Of a DNA stretch of 64,000 nt, positions 17,885 to 27,251 are shown piece after piece (the first letter of the stretch is position 1; each line of letters begins with the position of its first letter). Made by a program: the position numbers and the translations under genes. This stretch comes from Candidatus Micrarchaeaceae archaeon. Lineage in GTDB: Archaea > Micrarchaeota > Micrarchaeia > Micrarchaeales > Micrarchaeaceae. The stretch lies in the NCBI GenBank assembly GCA_027310755.1, contig DAIDAE010000001.1, forward strand, positions 23,103 to 87,102, in the 5' to 3' direction. Under the pieces are notes generated by a model. That model was not told where the DNA came from and searched no databases. It saw only the letters and a program-made list of their open reading frames with translations.

Positions 17885-18667
17885 ATGATGGAGGCATACA
17901 TGGGCGCGTTCGAAACAAAGGCGCAGAAAATCGCATTCGTGCTGAACAACTTTGATGAGACAATACTGGATCCGACCATAAGCAGGAAACAGTTTGACGA
18001 TTGGCTCGTCGCAAGGATGAATGCCGGATTCAAGCATGTATGCATACCGTTAACTTTTGCAAAAAGATGCGGCAAAATAATTGCGGCAAATTCCCTTGAC
18101 ATGACCATCTCTACTGTAATAGGATTTCCACACGGAAACGAGCATTCAACGATGGACAAGGCATCCCAGATGGCACAGGCAGCTAGGGAGGGGGCGAGCG
18201 AGGTAGATTTTGTTGTAAATATATCCCTTCTCCGCTCGGATCCCATGGCGTTTATCTCTGAACTCAGGACCATGGCGGAAACCGCGCACAAGAACGCCAT
18301 GCGCGTGAAGGCCATATTTGAAACCTATTACCTATCAAATGACGAGATCAGACATGTTGCGTCAATGTGCGAGCAAGCTGGCATAAATACCGTGAAAACA
18401 TCTACTGGGTTTGCAGTCAAGGGTAAAAACAACAAAGAGCGTGACCCAGAACAAACCGGGGCCACTCCAGACGCAATAGAATTGATGGGTATGGGAGTGA
18501 AGGACAAGGAAAAGGTGGGATTGAAACCATCCGGCGGGATAAGAACTTTGGAGCACCTAATAAGGATCCGTGAGGCCTGGCAAAAAGCAGGCTGGAAGGA
18601 CGCCCAGGTCAGGATCGGCTCAAGCTCCGGAGTGCAGATAATCGAAGAACTTAAGGGGCAGGATTGA
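17885..18667 (+). CDS. deoC: Deoxyribose-phosphate aldolase
   Basis: TVIGFPHG, EVDFVVNI, Schiff-base-lysine context VKTSTGF, GLKPSGGIRT. Confidence 0.85.
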   Translation: MMEAYMGAFETKAQKIAFVLNNFDETILDPTISRKQFDDWLVARMNAGFKHVCIPLTFAKRCGKIIAANSLDMTISTVIGFPHGNEHSTMDKASQMAQAAREGASEVDFVVNISLLRSDPMAFISELRTMAETAHKNAMRVKAIFETYYLSNDEIRHVASMCEQAGINTVKTSTGFAVKGKNNKERDPEQTGATPDAIELMGMGVKDKEKVGLKPSGGIRTLEHLIRIREAWQKAGWKDAQVRIGSSSGVQIIEELKGQD

Positions 18668-18760
18668 ATTTCTCCTACGGATCGAAACCGAAACAAACCG
18701 AAGCAAAGCTAAAGGTGCAGAAGCAAATATATATCTAAGTTCTCCATAATCTTTAGTTGT

Positions 18761-20206
18761 GTGATTGACATGACAATCAAAATAAACATGTTCATAGGGG
18801 CGATAGCGATTATTGTTGTGGCAGTGCTTGTCATATTTTTAACCGGGGGTGCACAGAATCTCGGTATCATGGGTGCAGCGCCGAGCGGGGTGCCAATACT
18901 GCTTACAGACCCCCCGTATGTTCCTGCCGGGACAACCTCCCTCAGTGTTAATTATTCTTCAGTAGCCGTTTTGTACACAAATGGCTCACAGTCCGCATGG
19001 ATTAATGCGCAAGGAAGCGGCACTGTAAATCTTCTATCACTTGTTAATGTCACTGAGCTTATAGCAAATGCCAATGTTCCAAAAGGATCGGTGATATCAA
19101 GGGCGAGATTCAATGTTTCATCAGCATCGATAACCATAAACGGGACGACCTACTCCGTGGTGACGCCGAGCCCGCAGATAATAGCCAATATCTCCAGCAA
19201 CCAGGCAGTGAATGGCAGCACATCAGTGATTGTAGACCTTTCTCCGACCGTGGTCACGGTGTTCACAAACAACCAGACCCTGTTCATTATGGTGCCTTCG
19301 GTCAAGGCAATCGTTGTGGGCAACGAAACCGTGCACACCGGTCTGCACGGCAAGGCTCCGCTTCCAACCAATATAACAACAAAATTCGGCCCTTCGCCAA
19401 ATATAACGGTGACGGGGGTATCCTTGGATGTGATCGGCAATACTACACAGCTGAGCATGACGGTCAAGAATAATGCAAACAGGACCGTGGAACTTAACCA
19501 TCTCCTTCTTTTTGGCAATGAAACATCGACCATCTCGAATTCACCGTGTCCATACGCGTGCAGCGATAGATCCCCATGTGTTGCTGCTGGTATGCCATGC
19601 AGGGTTGTGCCGCCCCGCGGAATAGAGATCAATGCGACCGGAAACGTATCCGGAGGGGTCTTGGGAGCCGGTGTGGCCGGGATAGTCCACCGCGTAAGAC
19701 ACGCAGAGGACGCAAGCCTATCGGGCGATATGGCTGCAAATGTCGAGGTGACCGTACACGAGAATGCGACAACGGCCATTATGTACTGGCATAGATTCCG
19801 GGTCGTCAACTTCTTTATACAGAGCAATGGCACGCTGGTATTGCCGTTTGACAGGTGTATTTATGAGATGAATGTTGGTGTGTTGCCCGGAGGAGAGATA
19901 AGCAGCAACGCCAGCATCGAGACGAAATTGCCCGGTGCCTACATAAACGGCAGTGTTGCTGGTGCGGCTACACTGCCGGGAGGCTACATTGGCCGCCTGC
20001 CGCCCATAAGGTGCATTGGCGATGATTTTGGTGAGTACGGTGGACTAAAGATCCAGCCCGGCCAGTCTGCCACCCTGCACTTCAACGGCACGATAACGCT
20101 CGGCTATGGGATAGCGTATCTGAAGCCGATAATAGGGCAGCTGTATAAAATAAGGATATTTGGCGAGGAGGGTGCCCACACCAGCGCCAACGTGACCGCA
20201 GCCTGA
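18761..20206 (+). CDS. Secreted/anchored glycoprotein, DUF4382-like N-terminal domain
   Basis: N-terminal TM IGAIAIIVVAVLVIFL, then LLTDPPYVPAGTTSLSVNYSSVAV...GTVNLLSLVNVTE...ARFNVSSASITINGTTYSVVTPS, which fits the DUF4382 pattern from memory. More than 20 N-x-S/T sequons. GTG start; alternative ATG at 18770. Confidence 0.7.
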   Translation: MIDMTIKINMFIGAIAIIVVAVLVIFLTGGAQNLGIMGAAPSGVPILLTDPPYVPAGTTSLSVNYSSVAVLYTNGSQSAWINAQGSGTVNLLSLVNVTELIANANVPKGSVISRARFNVSSASITINGTTYSVVTPSPQIIANISSNQAVNGSTSVIVDLSPTVVTVFTNNQTLFIMVPSVKAIVVGNETVHTGLHGKAPLPTNITTKFGPSPNITVTGVSLDVIGNTTQLSMTVKNNANRTVELNHLLLFGNETSTISNSPCPYACSDRSPCVAAGMPCRVVPPRGIEINATGNVSGGVLGAGVAGIVHRVRHAEDASLSGDMAANVEVTVHENATTAIMYWHRFRVVNFFIQSNGTLVLPFDRCIYEMNVGVLPGGEISSNASIETKLPGAYINGSVAGAATLPGGYIGRLPPIRCIGDDFGEYGGLKIQPGQSATLHFNGTITLGYGIAYLKPIIGQLYKIRIFGEEGAHTSANVTAA

Positions 20207-20269
20207 GCGCAAGTAGTTTGAGTTTGCAATGGGTTGCAACATTGCAACCTATTTTTATTTTATTCACGT

Positions 20270-20953
20270 TCAAGCCAGAACGATCTCTATTCTTTTTCTC
20301 CTTGCTCCCTTGTTCTCATAGCCGTTGAGCATTATGGTTCCTATTTCCTTTGTGTTCTTTACATGCGTGCCTCCATCCGCCTGCGTGTCGATCCCGACTA
20401 TTTCAACCACCCTGATTCGCTCCAGTTTTTCAAGGAGCTTCCTGCCCGGCTCCGTTCTGGAAAGCCCGGGCATAGCCATGGCATCCGCCCTGTCAATTTC
20501 CCTGATTAGAACATAGTGCCCTTCTTTTGCAATAGAGTTGGTTTTCTCCAGTATCTCCGCCACCTTTCCCTTGTCCAGGCTCGGCATGTCTATGTCCATG
20601 CGCGCCCTGTCATGGTATATCTGCCCTCCTGTTATCATGCCTGACTTGTAGACGGTCTCCATTATCCCATCTATCAAATGCAATGCCGTATGGTACCGCA
20701 TGCAGGCATAACGGTACTCCCAATCTATTTTTCCGGTTGCCACTATCCCCACACCAACATTTACCTCTCTGTCAAGGATATGTATTATGTTATTCCCATC
20801 CTTTTTCAGGCCAACCACACCGCAGACCTCCCCTCCAATCGCCAATACGCCCTTGTCATCGGGCTGGCCGCCGCCTTCCGGATAAAATGCGGTCCTGTCC
20901 AGGATGACCTCCCGTCCAGACGCGTTCACAACAGTCGCGTCGAATTCTTTCAA
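20270..20953 (-). CDS. alaX: Alanyl-tRNA editing protein AlaX (AlaX-M type)
   Basis: N-terminus ...VILDRTAFYPEGGGQPDDKG, Zn-binding HTALHL and DGGTHV motifs of the tRNA_SAD editing domain. 227 aa. Confidence 0.85.
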   Translation of the reverse strand: MKEFDATVVNASGREVILDRTAFYPEGGGQPDDKGVLAIGGEVCGVVGLKKDGNNIIHILDREVNVGVGIVATGKIDWEYRYACMRYHTALHLIDGIMETVYKSGMITGGQIYHDRARMDIDMPSLDKGKVAEILEKTNSIAKEGHYVLIREIDRADAMAMPGLSRTEPGRKLLEKLERIRVVEIVGIDTQADGGTHVKNTKEIGTIMLNGYENKGARRKRIEIVLA

Positions 20954-21003
20954 GTATGAATCCTTTAAGTAAAGTCTTTCTGTCGCGCAATCACCGCAAT
21001 GTT

Positions 21004-21146
21004 TGGGGCCACCGGGATTTGAACCCGGACTTGCTGCTTACTTCATATTTTAATTAAAATTCCAGATCATCATCATCGCGCAATGCGCTCATACTTAATT
21101 ACAAACATCTGGAGGCAGCCGCGCTGCCAGGTTACGCTATAACCCC
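21004..21146 (-). tRNA. tRNA-Trp (anticodon CCA) with a 70-nt intron after position 37
   Basis: Exon 1 is 21146..21109 (GGGGTTA acceptor, D-arm GCGT/GCGC, stem GCTGC, loop CTCCAG). Exon 2 is 21038..21004 (A-GCAGC, T-arm CCGGG-TTCAAAT-CCCGG, TGGCCCC, discriminator A). The mature length is 73 nt. Confidence 0.85.
21039..21108 (-). other. tRNA-Trp intron (canonical 37/38 position)
   Basis: Minus-strand sequence ATGTTTGTAATTAAGTATGAGCGCATTGCGCGATGATGATGATCTGGAATTTTAATTAAAATATGAAGTA, delimited by the exon halves that rebuild the anticodon stem. Confidence 0.8.
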
Positions 21147-21177
21147 GTACTGCATAAAAAGTTCCGAGATTAGAATA

Positions 21178-22269
21178 TTAATAGCTTTGTCCCCTTCTTT
21201 CATTCCTGATTTTCAGCCCCCTCTGTCTCATCAAGCTGGTCAGCGGTCCACCGAATTTAACATCTGCATTCCTCAATTCTTCCACAGACCTGAAACCCAA
21301 AGCAGCCATCTCCTTCTTGATGCCGTCTATCATATCGGTCAGGTAAGCATAAACGCCCTCAGAGCCACCCCTGTTCTCGCTCATCAAGACCGGCTTTGCC
21401 ACACCGCACATGCCAGCGCCTATCGCGAGCGCCTTCACCACATCAGATGGCTTTCTTATCCCTCCGCTGGCCCATACCTGCCCGCTAAAAACCGATTTTG
21501 ATTCAAGCACCGACAGGGCTGTCGGTATTCCCCAATCCCAGAATGCCTTTCCATATGCCCCCTTACTCCTGTATGTCTCCACCCCTATCCACGTCGTACC
21601 GCCCGCCCCCTGGACGTCTATTGCAAATATTTTCCCGTCAAACATCTCCGCAACCTCCTTGGAAATTCCATTCCCGACCTCCTTCAAAATCACCGGCTGT
21701 TTTATGTTTTTTGCCAGGTTACAAATTCTCCCGTACACTCCCTTAAAGTCTATATCACCCTCCGGCTGTACGCTTTCCTGCCCCGGATTAGTGTGCAGCG
21801 CCAGCATGTCTGCATTTATGGAATCGAGCATTTTCTGCACTGTCTTGTTATCGTATTTCAATAGCTTTGATGCGCCAATGTTCCCTATCAGGATCAAGTC
21901 ATCCACAATCTTCTTCATGTCGTAGGTATACGTAAGCGCATCATTTTCGACCATTGCCCTTTGGCTGCCCACGCCCATCGGTATTTTTGCCCTTGCTGCG
22001 GCCACGGCAATTTTCTTGTTTATTTCAAAGGTCGCAGTGTGGCCACCGGTCATGCCAGATATAAAAATTGGTGCACTTATTTTCTTATTCAATAAAGTGG
22101 AAGAAGCGTCCACGTCCCCGCTGTCTATCTTCTTCCCGGAGGGCACCACCTCCACAAACTCGAACATAGTGGTCTTGTCATGATACTGGGTGTCCTTGTT
22201 AAGGATGATGTCGATATGTTCTATCTTTCTTCTTTGCGTTTCCTCAGATTCATCAGGCAAACATATCAA
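21178..22269 (-). CDS. fni: Isopentenyl-diphosphate delta-isomerase, type 2 (FMN-dependent)
   Basis: QRRKIEHIDI, ISGMTGG, VGSQR, VQGAGGTTW, ASGGIR. These are typical IDI-2 TIM-barrel motifs. The apparent start is TTG, which overlaps the upstream stop (TTGA). Confidence 0.88.
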   Translation of the reverse strand: MICLPDESEETQRRKIEHIDIILNKDTQYHDKTTMFEFVEVVPSGKKIDSGDVDASSTLLNKKISAPIFISGMTGGHTATFEINKKIAVAAARAKIPMGVGSQRAMVENDALTYTYDMKKIVDDLILIGNIGASKLLKYDNKTVQKMLDSINADMLALHTNPGQESVQPEGDIDFKGVYGRICNLAKNIKQPVILKEVGNGISKEVAEMFDGKIFAIDVQGAGGTTWIGVETYRSKGAYGKAFWDWGIPTALSVLESKSVFSGQVWASGGIRKPSDVVKALAIGAGMCGVAKPVLMSENRGGSEGVYAYLTDMIDGIKKEMAALGFRSVEELRNADVKFGGPLTSLMRQRGLKIRNERRGQSY

Positions 22270-22712
22270 CCCATAATATATACCGGCGCCTTTCCTAGCA
22301 TTACAGTGTTTTTGGAATTCGTCAAAAACATTGCAATTTTGAATTGTCTCATGTAAAGCTGAAAGTCAGATAGGCGCGCTTCTTTTATAAATGGCACGCC
22401 CCCCGTCCTTACCACCTTTGCTGCCTCCAGCCCATCCCCCACTCCTATTAATTTATGGCCATCCTCTGGAATTTCTTTGCACACGCCATTGGTATAAATG
22501 TCCAGCGTGCCGTTGGTTATTGCCACAATCGGAACATCCTTGTTCTTCCCGGAGAGTTTTTCCGCATCCCCTTTGCTTTCCACAAGGACTACGATCGGGA
22601 ACATGAGTTTTGCCCCACCAATTGAAAATGATGTGTCTACTTCGCCCAGGGACAGGTCTGGAAGGGCGTTGTGCACAAAGCTGATCTTTCTAAAATCGCC
22701 CACACGTTCCAA
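22266..22712 (-). CDS. Half-size IDI-2-like protein (N- and C-terminal IDI-2 segments only)
   Basis: 148 aa. FRKISFVHNALPDLSLGEVDTSFSIGGAKLMFPIVV resembles the IDI-2 N-terminal consensus. GVGDGLEAAKVVRTGG and the end of the protein resemble the C-terminal strands. The MTGG, GSQ and GGT motifs are absent. Confidence 0.55.
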   Translation of the reverse strand: MERVGDFRKISFVHNALPDLSLGEVDTSFSIGGAKLMFPIVVLVESKGDAEKLSGKNKDVPIVAITNGTLDIYTNGVCKEIPEDGHKLIGVGDGLEAAKVVRTGGVPFIKEARLSDFQLYMRQFKIAMFLTNSKNTVMLGKAPVYIMG

Positions 22713-22837
22713 ATAATCACGCTCGTATGTAATTATGTAATCTGATTAACGCTATTTAACCTTTTCCCAGTTTGTACCGTCCACAGAGCCGTTTGCGGCA
22801 TGCGCGCCAGCCAAAATAGTATCTATGCTCCTACTCA

Positions 22838-23704
22838 TCATCCAAATGCGGCCCCAACTCCGAGCGCAAAATAAAGAATGCTGCTCCCTATGGCTATTAA
22901 TCCCAACGCCGCGGTAAGATAGACTATCTTTGAGCTTTTTGCTATTTTGAGCAGGAAGTCTATCAGGAAAAGGCTCACTATCGTGGCGCTCACAATTGCG
23001 ATGAATATTCCGGTGATCCCGACTCCGGCCACTGCGCTTGCAACATTTGCCCTTGTGGCTATTACCGTAAGGCTGAAGGCCGCCAGCGATGCAAATATCC
23101 CTATTATGAACGAGAGCCTGAATGCCTCGTCCGCCTCTACCTTCATGAGCAGGAGGGTGCTTGTGGTTATTCCGGACCTGCTTACGCCCGGAAGGGCTGC
23201 GATCCCCTGCGCAATTCCAATCAATACGTAATCCTTGAAACTGAGGTTCTCCAGTTTCCTGACGTTCCCTCCCTGCGAATGCTTCTTTCTCGAGTGCCTT
23301 ATGAAGAACGCATCCCCGATAAGAACAAAACCTATGACCATCATGGGCAGCCACACAGGTATGCCTGTGAGCGAATCTGCGAAAAGATAAAGGGGCGTAC
23401 CGATTACGCCCGTGCACACCGTAGCGGTTAGCACATACACAAACAGCCTTTTCTTCATCGGATCCCTGTTTCCCACCACGACCTGTAGCAATGCCCATAT
23501 CTCCCTCCTGAAATAGATTATGGCCGCAAGCGAGCTGCCGATCTCCATGAACAGCCCAAAGGTGTACGCCTGTGAATATGTGAGCTTCAGGAGATACGTT
23601 GCGGTGACGAGTATCTGTGTCTTGCTGCTTATCGGCAGCCATTCCGATACTCCCTGTACAACTCCCAGTATTACCGAGTAGATTATCTGTATTAGCGTAA
23701 TCAT
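22838..23704 (-). CDS. uppP: Undecaprenyl/dolichyl-diphosphate phosphatase (BacA/UppP family)
   Basis: VSEWLPISSKTQIL and ALPGVSRSGITTS are the two BacA signature motifs. 8-TM profile. Confidence 0.88.
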   Translation of the reverse strand: MITLIQIIYSVILGVVQGVSEWLPISSKTQILVTATYLLKLTYSQAYTFGLFMEIGSSLAAIIYFRREIWALLQVVVGNRDPMKKRLFVYVLTATVCTGVIGTPLYLFADSLTGIPVWLPMMVIGFVLIGDAFFIRHSRKKHSQGGNVRKLENLSFKDYVLIGIAQGIAALPGVSRSGITTSTLLLMKVEADEAFRLSFIIGIFASLAAFSLTVIATRANVASAVAGVGITGIFIAIVSATIVSLFLIDFLLKIAKSSKIVYLTAALGLIAIGSSILYFALGVGAAFG

Positions 23705-23831
23705 CCAAAATCAGTGATACATTATAGATAAAGTAATTTAATATGTTCTACAGCCCACCGTGTGGCCTTCGCGACCTGTCATCAAGCTTTATAATTGTTT
23801 ACGCAATATATCCTTTACTGGTGCGTTTCAA

Positions 23832-24638
23832 ATGGATAAAAGGAAGAAAATATACGTGGCCGTGATAGCTGTTATTGCCGTCATCGCCGCGCTGCTGCTT
23901 AACTCACAGACCAATCCTGCTCTCCTGCAGTCCGTCAACCAGCCTGTGGCGCAATCGCAGATGGCAGCGCTGCAGGCGATAGCAAACAATCGAAGCCTGG
24001 CAAACAGTGTCGGCATCGGGGTAATAGGACAGGCGACGTTCCCAACGAAGATACTCGGCAACAGGATAATCCAGGGCGGCAAGCCGACCGTTCTCTATAT
24101 CGGTGCCGAATACTGCCCGTTCTGTGCAGCGACAAGATGGGGGATGATTTTGGCGCTGATGAGATTCGGCAACCTTGCCGGATTGAAGTATATGACATCG
24201 TCTTCAACCGACTACTCTCCCTCGACCCCGACCTTCACTTTCGTGAATTCAACCTATTCGAGCCAGTACATAACTTTCATCCCGGTTGAGACAGAGAACA
24301 ACACCGGGGTATATCTCCAGAGCCCGACGCAGTGGGAGAACACCACCTTTTACAAGTATGACGTGCCCACCCCATCATGCCCGAGCGGAGGATGTATACC
24401 ATTCATAGATTTCGGAAACAGGACTGTGCAGCTCGGGGCTGATTATTCGCCGATCCTGATCGAGCACTACACATGGGCGCAAATAATAGGCATGCTGAAC
24501 GACACCGGTTCGCCAGTTTCACAGTCGATAATAGGCAGCGCAGATGTTTTCACCGCGCAGATATGCGCGATGGACAACTTCACTCCATCAAGCATATGCT
24601 CCGCTCCCTATGTCAAGACAATAATAAACGAGAGCTAA
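23832..24638 (+). CDS. DUF929-like thioredoxin-fold membrane-anchored protein
   Basis: N-terminal anchor [17 protein letters not shown], then [30 protein letters not shown], the CPxC + RW pattern of DUF929. Start ATG 23832 (MDKRKK). Confidence 0.75.
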   Translation: MDKRKKIYVAVIAVIAVIAALLLNSQTNPALLQSVNQPVAQSQMAALQAIANNRSLANSVGIGVIGQATFPTKILGNRIIQGGKPTVLYIGAEYCPFCAATRWGMILALMRFGNLAGLKYMTSSSTDYSPSTPTFTFVNSTYSSQYITFIPVETENNTGVYLQSPTQWENTTFYKYDVPTPSCPSGGCIPFIDFGNRTVQLGADYSPILIEHYTWAQIIGMLNDTGSPVSQSIIGSADVFTAQICAMDNFTPSSICSAPYVKTIINES

Positions 24639-24641
24639 AAA

Positions 24642-25001
24642 TCAGGCCTCTTCCTCCATGTTGTCGAAGTCTTCCGGGGCATCGTCTGATGCCGCAGCCG
24701 ACCCGTCTCCCTTCGTGACAACCTTTATCTTGCCGAACTTTCCTGTCGAAAGCTGCGGGTTGCCCCTAAATTCGTTAACATAGCCGTTTGACACCTCAAC
24801 GACGTCTCCTACGTTGACCGTGCTTATGTCATTTCCCCAGAGCGACATCGCTATCGTCCCTGAGTCATCCTTCAGAGTTACATTTGCGACATTAAGCCTC
24901 TTTCCATACTTCGTCACAACTTCCCTTGGGGCGTCCTTGCTCGCAATCGTCGCCGTAATTGTGACGTTGCTTGTGCCTGCCTTCAAATCACCGATTTTCA
25001 T
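24642..25001 (-). CDS. OB-fold single-stranded DNA-binding protein with an acidic C-terminal tail
   Basis: 119 aa. MKIGDLKAG...VANVTLKDDSGTIAMSLWGN...VVEVSNGYVNEFRG is an OB-fold SSB/RPA pattern. The tail is DDAPEDFDNMEEEA. Confidence 0.65.
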   Translation of the reverse strand: MKIGDLKAGTSNVTITATIASKDAPREVVTKYGKRLNVANVTLKDDSGTIAMSLWGNDISTVNVGDVVEVSNGYVNEFRGNPQLSTGKFGKIKVVTKGDGSAAASDDAPEDFDNMEEEA

Positions 25002-25178
25002 ATTTACACCATTTTTCTATTCAAAGGAGTAGAGTTATTCTATTCTTTGACTGTAGATAGTTTATGTAGGCAAAGCTATTTGAAACTTAGCAAATCTCCG
25101 AATTACGGAATTAAGCGCCCCGCCGGTCTTCATGGCAAAACTATTTTAAGCCTGTTTGCTCTTTATCTCCGGCGGATA

Positions 25179-25733
25179 TTGGGTGTTATTGTGATAATTG
25201 GAATTACGGGCATGCCGGGCTCCGGCAAGACCGAGGTGTCAAAAGATCTTGAGGCAGAAGGCTTCGTGTGCATCGAGATGGGAAAAGTTGTATATGAAAT
25301 GATGAAAGAGCGTAAGCTGAAGATAACCCCGGAAAGCGTCCCCGTTTTTGCAACAAACATCAGGAAGAGGCGCGGGAAGGCCTTTATCGCAAAGGAGATA
25401 ACAAAAAGGATACGCGGAAAAGCTTACGGCAGCAAGATTGCAATAATAGGAATAAGGAGCCCGCATGAAATAGAGTATTTCAGGAGGAAGCTAGGAGAAT
25501 TCACCGTAATCGGCGTTGTGGCCCCGAAAAGAACCAGGTTTGAAAGGCTCAAGAGAAGGAGCAGGAGAGATGATCCAATGGAAATCTCCGGCTTTGAATT
25601 CAGGGAGAAAAAGGAGAAGGGCTATGGAATCATCAAGGCGATAGCCGAAGCCGATTACATAATAACAAACACGGGGAACCGCACCCAGCTGAGAGGCGAT
25701 ATCATCCACGTAATAGAAAGCATATGCAAATGA
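25179..25733 (+). CDS. UPF0200-type P-loop kinase (dephospho-CoA-kinase-like)
   Basis: IIGITGMPGSGKTEV, IIGIRSPHEIEYF, RFERLKRRSRRDDP, EADYIITNTG. Probable TTG (25179) or GTG (25191) start; the track ATG at 25047 adds an implausible 44-aa leader. Confidence 0.65.
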   Translation: MGVIVIIGITGMPGSGKTEVSKDLEAEGFVCIEMGKVVYEMMKERKLKITPESVPVFATNIRKRRGKAFIAKEITKRIRGKAYGSKIAIIGIRSPHEIEYFRRKLGEFTVIGVVAPKRTRFERLKRRSRRDDPMEISGFEFREKKEKGYGIIKAIAEADYIITNTGNRTQLRGDIIHVIESICK

Positions 25734-25763
25734 TTATTATAGTAAGAGCAACTAATTCTAATC

Positions 25764-26618
25764 ATGGCAAACGAGGCGCAGCCACAAGCGGAAGTACACC
25801 AGCATCAGCACCAACACCAACATCAGCACGGGCAGGGTGCACAGCCAACGCCCGGGATGCATCCGTCCTTTATGCGGGTAATACAGCAGAGGCAGAGGGT
25901 AAAGGAGAAACTCTCAAACATCAGGCACAAGATAGGAGTATACAGCGCAAAAGGAGGGGTCGGAAAGACCACGGTCGCAATTAATCTGGCCTATGCGCTC
26001 AAGGAGAAGGGATTCAAGGTCGGCCTGCTTGACGCGGACATCGACTGCCCGAATGTTACCATGTTTTTGGGCATGGATGAGAAGATGGAGCCCGTACTGC
26101 CCCTCAAGCCCATAGATAATCATGGAGTGAAGATCGCGTCCACCGCAATGCTTGTCGATGAGCTGAAGAGGCCGATGATCTGGAGGGGGCCCATAATAGT
26201 CAAGATGCTGGGCGACTTCTTCGAGAACACGGACTGGGGTGATCTTGATTACCTCATATGCGACCTCAGCCCGGGCACGTCAGACGCCCCCCTCACAATA
26301 ATGCAGGTGCTTGACCTTGACGGGTTCATTATAGTCACTACGCCGCAGAAGGTCGCCGGGATAAACTCGATAAGATCAGGACTCATGGCGAAGAGGCTGA
26401 ACGTATCTGTGCTGGGAGTTGTGGAGAATATGTCGAGCGGTAAGCCCAGCGAGAAGACCATGGAGGTGGTAAGGACCCTTGACACGGAATTCCTCGGTAC
26501 TATAGGCAAGAGGGATGCGATTGCAGACATAACCGACAATGGCAAGGTACACATATTTGAGGATCAGGATATCAAAAAGGAGTTCTCCGCCATCGTGGAC
26601 AGGATAACTGGAAAATAA
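25764..26618 (+). CDS. Mrp/NBP35 (ApbC) family Fe-S cluster carrier ATPase with a His/Gln-rich N-terminus
   Basis: Deviant Walker A YSAKGGVGKTT, CDLSPGTSD, ENMS. The N-terminus carries HQHQHQHQHQH. Confidence 0.88.
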   Translation: MANEAQPQAEVHQHQHQHQHQHGQGAQPTPGMHPSFMRVIQQRQRVKEKLSNIRHKIGVYSAKGGVGKTTVAINLAYALKEKGFKVGLLDADIDCPNVTMFLGMDEKMEPVLPLKPIDNHGVKIASTAMLVDELKRPMIWRGPIIVKMLGDFFENTDWGDLDYLICDLSPGTSDAPLTIMQVLDLDGFIIVTTPQKVAGINSIRSGLMAKRLNVSVLGVVENMSSGKPSEKTMEVVRTLDTEFLGTIGKRDAIADITDNGKVHIFEDQDIKKEFSAIVDRITGK

Positions 26619-26693
26619 GCCATGCCACACGCGGGCGGTAAAGCAAGCTTTTAAAAGCTATCCATCTATGTTATATCGGAAATAGGTGTAATC

Positions 26694-27032
26694 ATGGCAG
26701 TAAAAAAAGCAAGGAAGCCCCCGGAGACAGAATTCGTTCTGATATTTCTCGGAGGCCTTTTCGTAGTAGCCGGCAGTATCATCGGATCCCTTCCGGGATT
26801 CCTGAACTCCGGGCTTTTATCCCAGTTCTTTGAGCCATTTGGGATAATCGTAGGCCTGCTGATGGTGGTTTGCGCTATTTTGATATACGAAAGCGAAGGC
26901 AGGATGGTCAAGACCTGGGGCATAGCAGCTCTGATATTCAGTCTGTTGAGCCTTGTGGCTGGCGGAGGACTGCTCACCGGTTTCATACTTGGTCTCCTCG
27001 GCAGCATATTTACCCTCAGGCGCAGGGGCTGA
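26694..27032 (+). CDS. Small 3-4 TM membrane protein
   Basis: 112-aa hydrophobic ORF with basic termini (KKARK ... LRRRG), followed by a hairpin + T-tract. Confidence 0.6.
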   Translation: MAVKKARKPPETEFVLIFLGGLFVVAGSIIGSLPGFLNSGLLSQFFEPFGIIVGLLMVVCAILIYESEGRMVKTWGIAALIFSLLSLVAGGGLLTGFILGLLGSIFTLRRRG

Positions 27033-27048
27033 TCGATCTTTGTTTTTG

Positions 27049-27078
27049 TTGTGGCCGATGGCCACAACCTTGTTTTTG
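27049..27078 (+). terminator. Hairpin plus T-tract, putative transcription terminator
   Basis: Palindrome TTGTGGCC-GA-TGGCCACAA (27049..27067), flanked by TTTGTTTTTG upstream and CCTTGTTTTTG downstream. Confidence 0.4.
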
Positions 27079-27251
27079 TGCCTCATTGCGGCCTTTTTAA
27101 GCCTGAAAAGCGTTTGAGGAACGTCATTTTCCAAATAAAGCCCTCCGTTGCACAAGGTATAAATACTTTAACTTCGGATATACTACTGTCAAATCCTTTG
27201 TATGCATACATGTATATGTTAAATGCATTCATCGACGGTAAGTTCTCATCA

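Noticed and set aside
19150-19833. 227-aa ORF antisense to the 481-aa surface glycoprotein gene
   Set aside because: It has no motifs and lies fully inside a longer ORF that has a signal anchor and a domain pattern. It is probably a chance open frame.
22752-23708. 318-aa ORF overlapping uppP in another frame on the same strand
   Set aside because: The 288-aa frame carries both BacA/UppP signature motifs and a clean 8-TM profile. The 318-aa frame is Arg/Gly/His-rich with no motifs.
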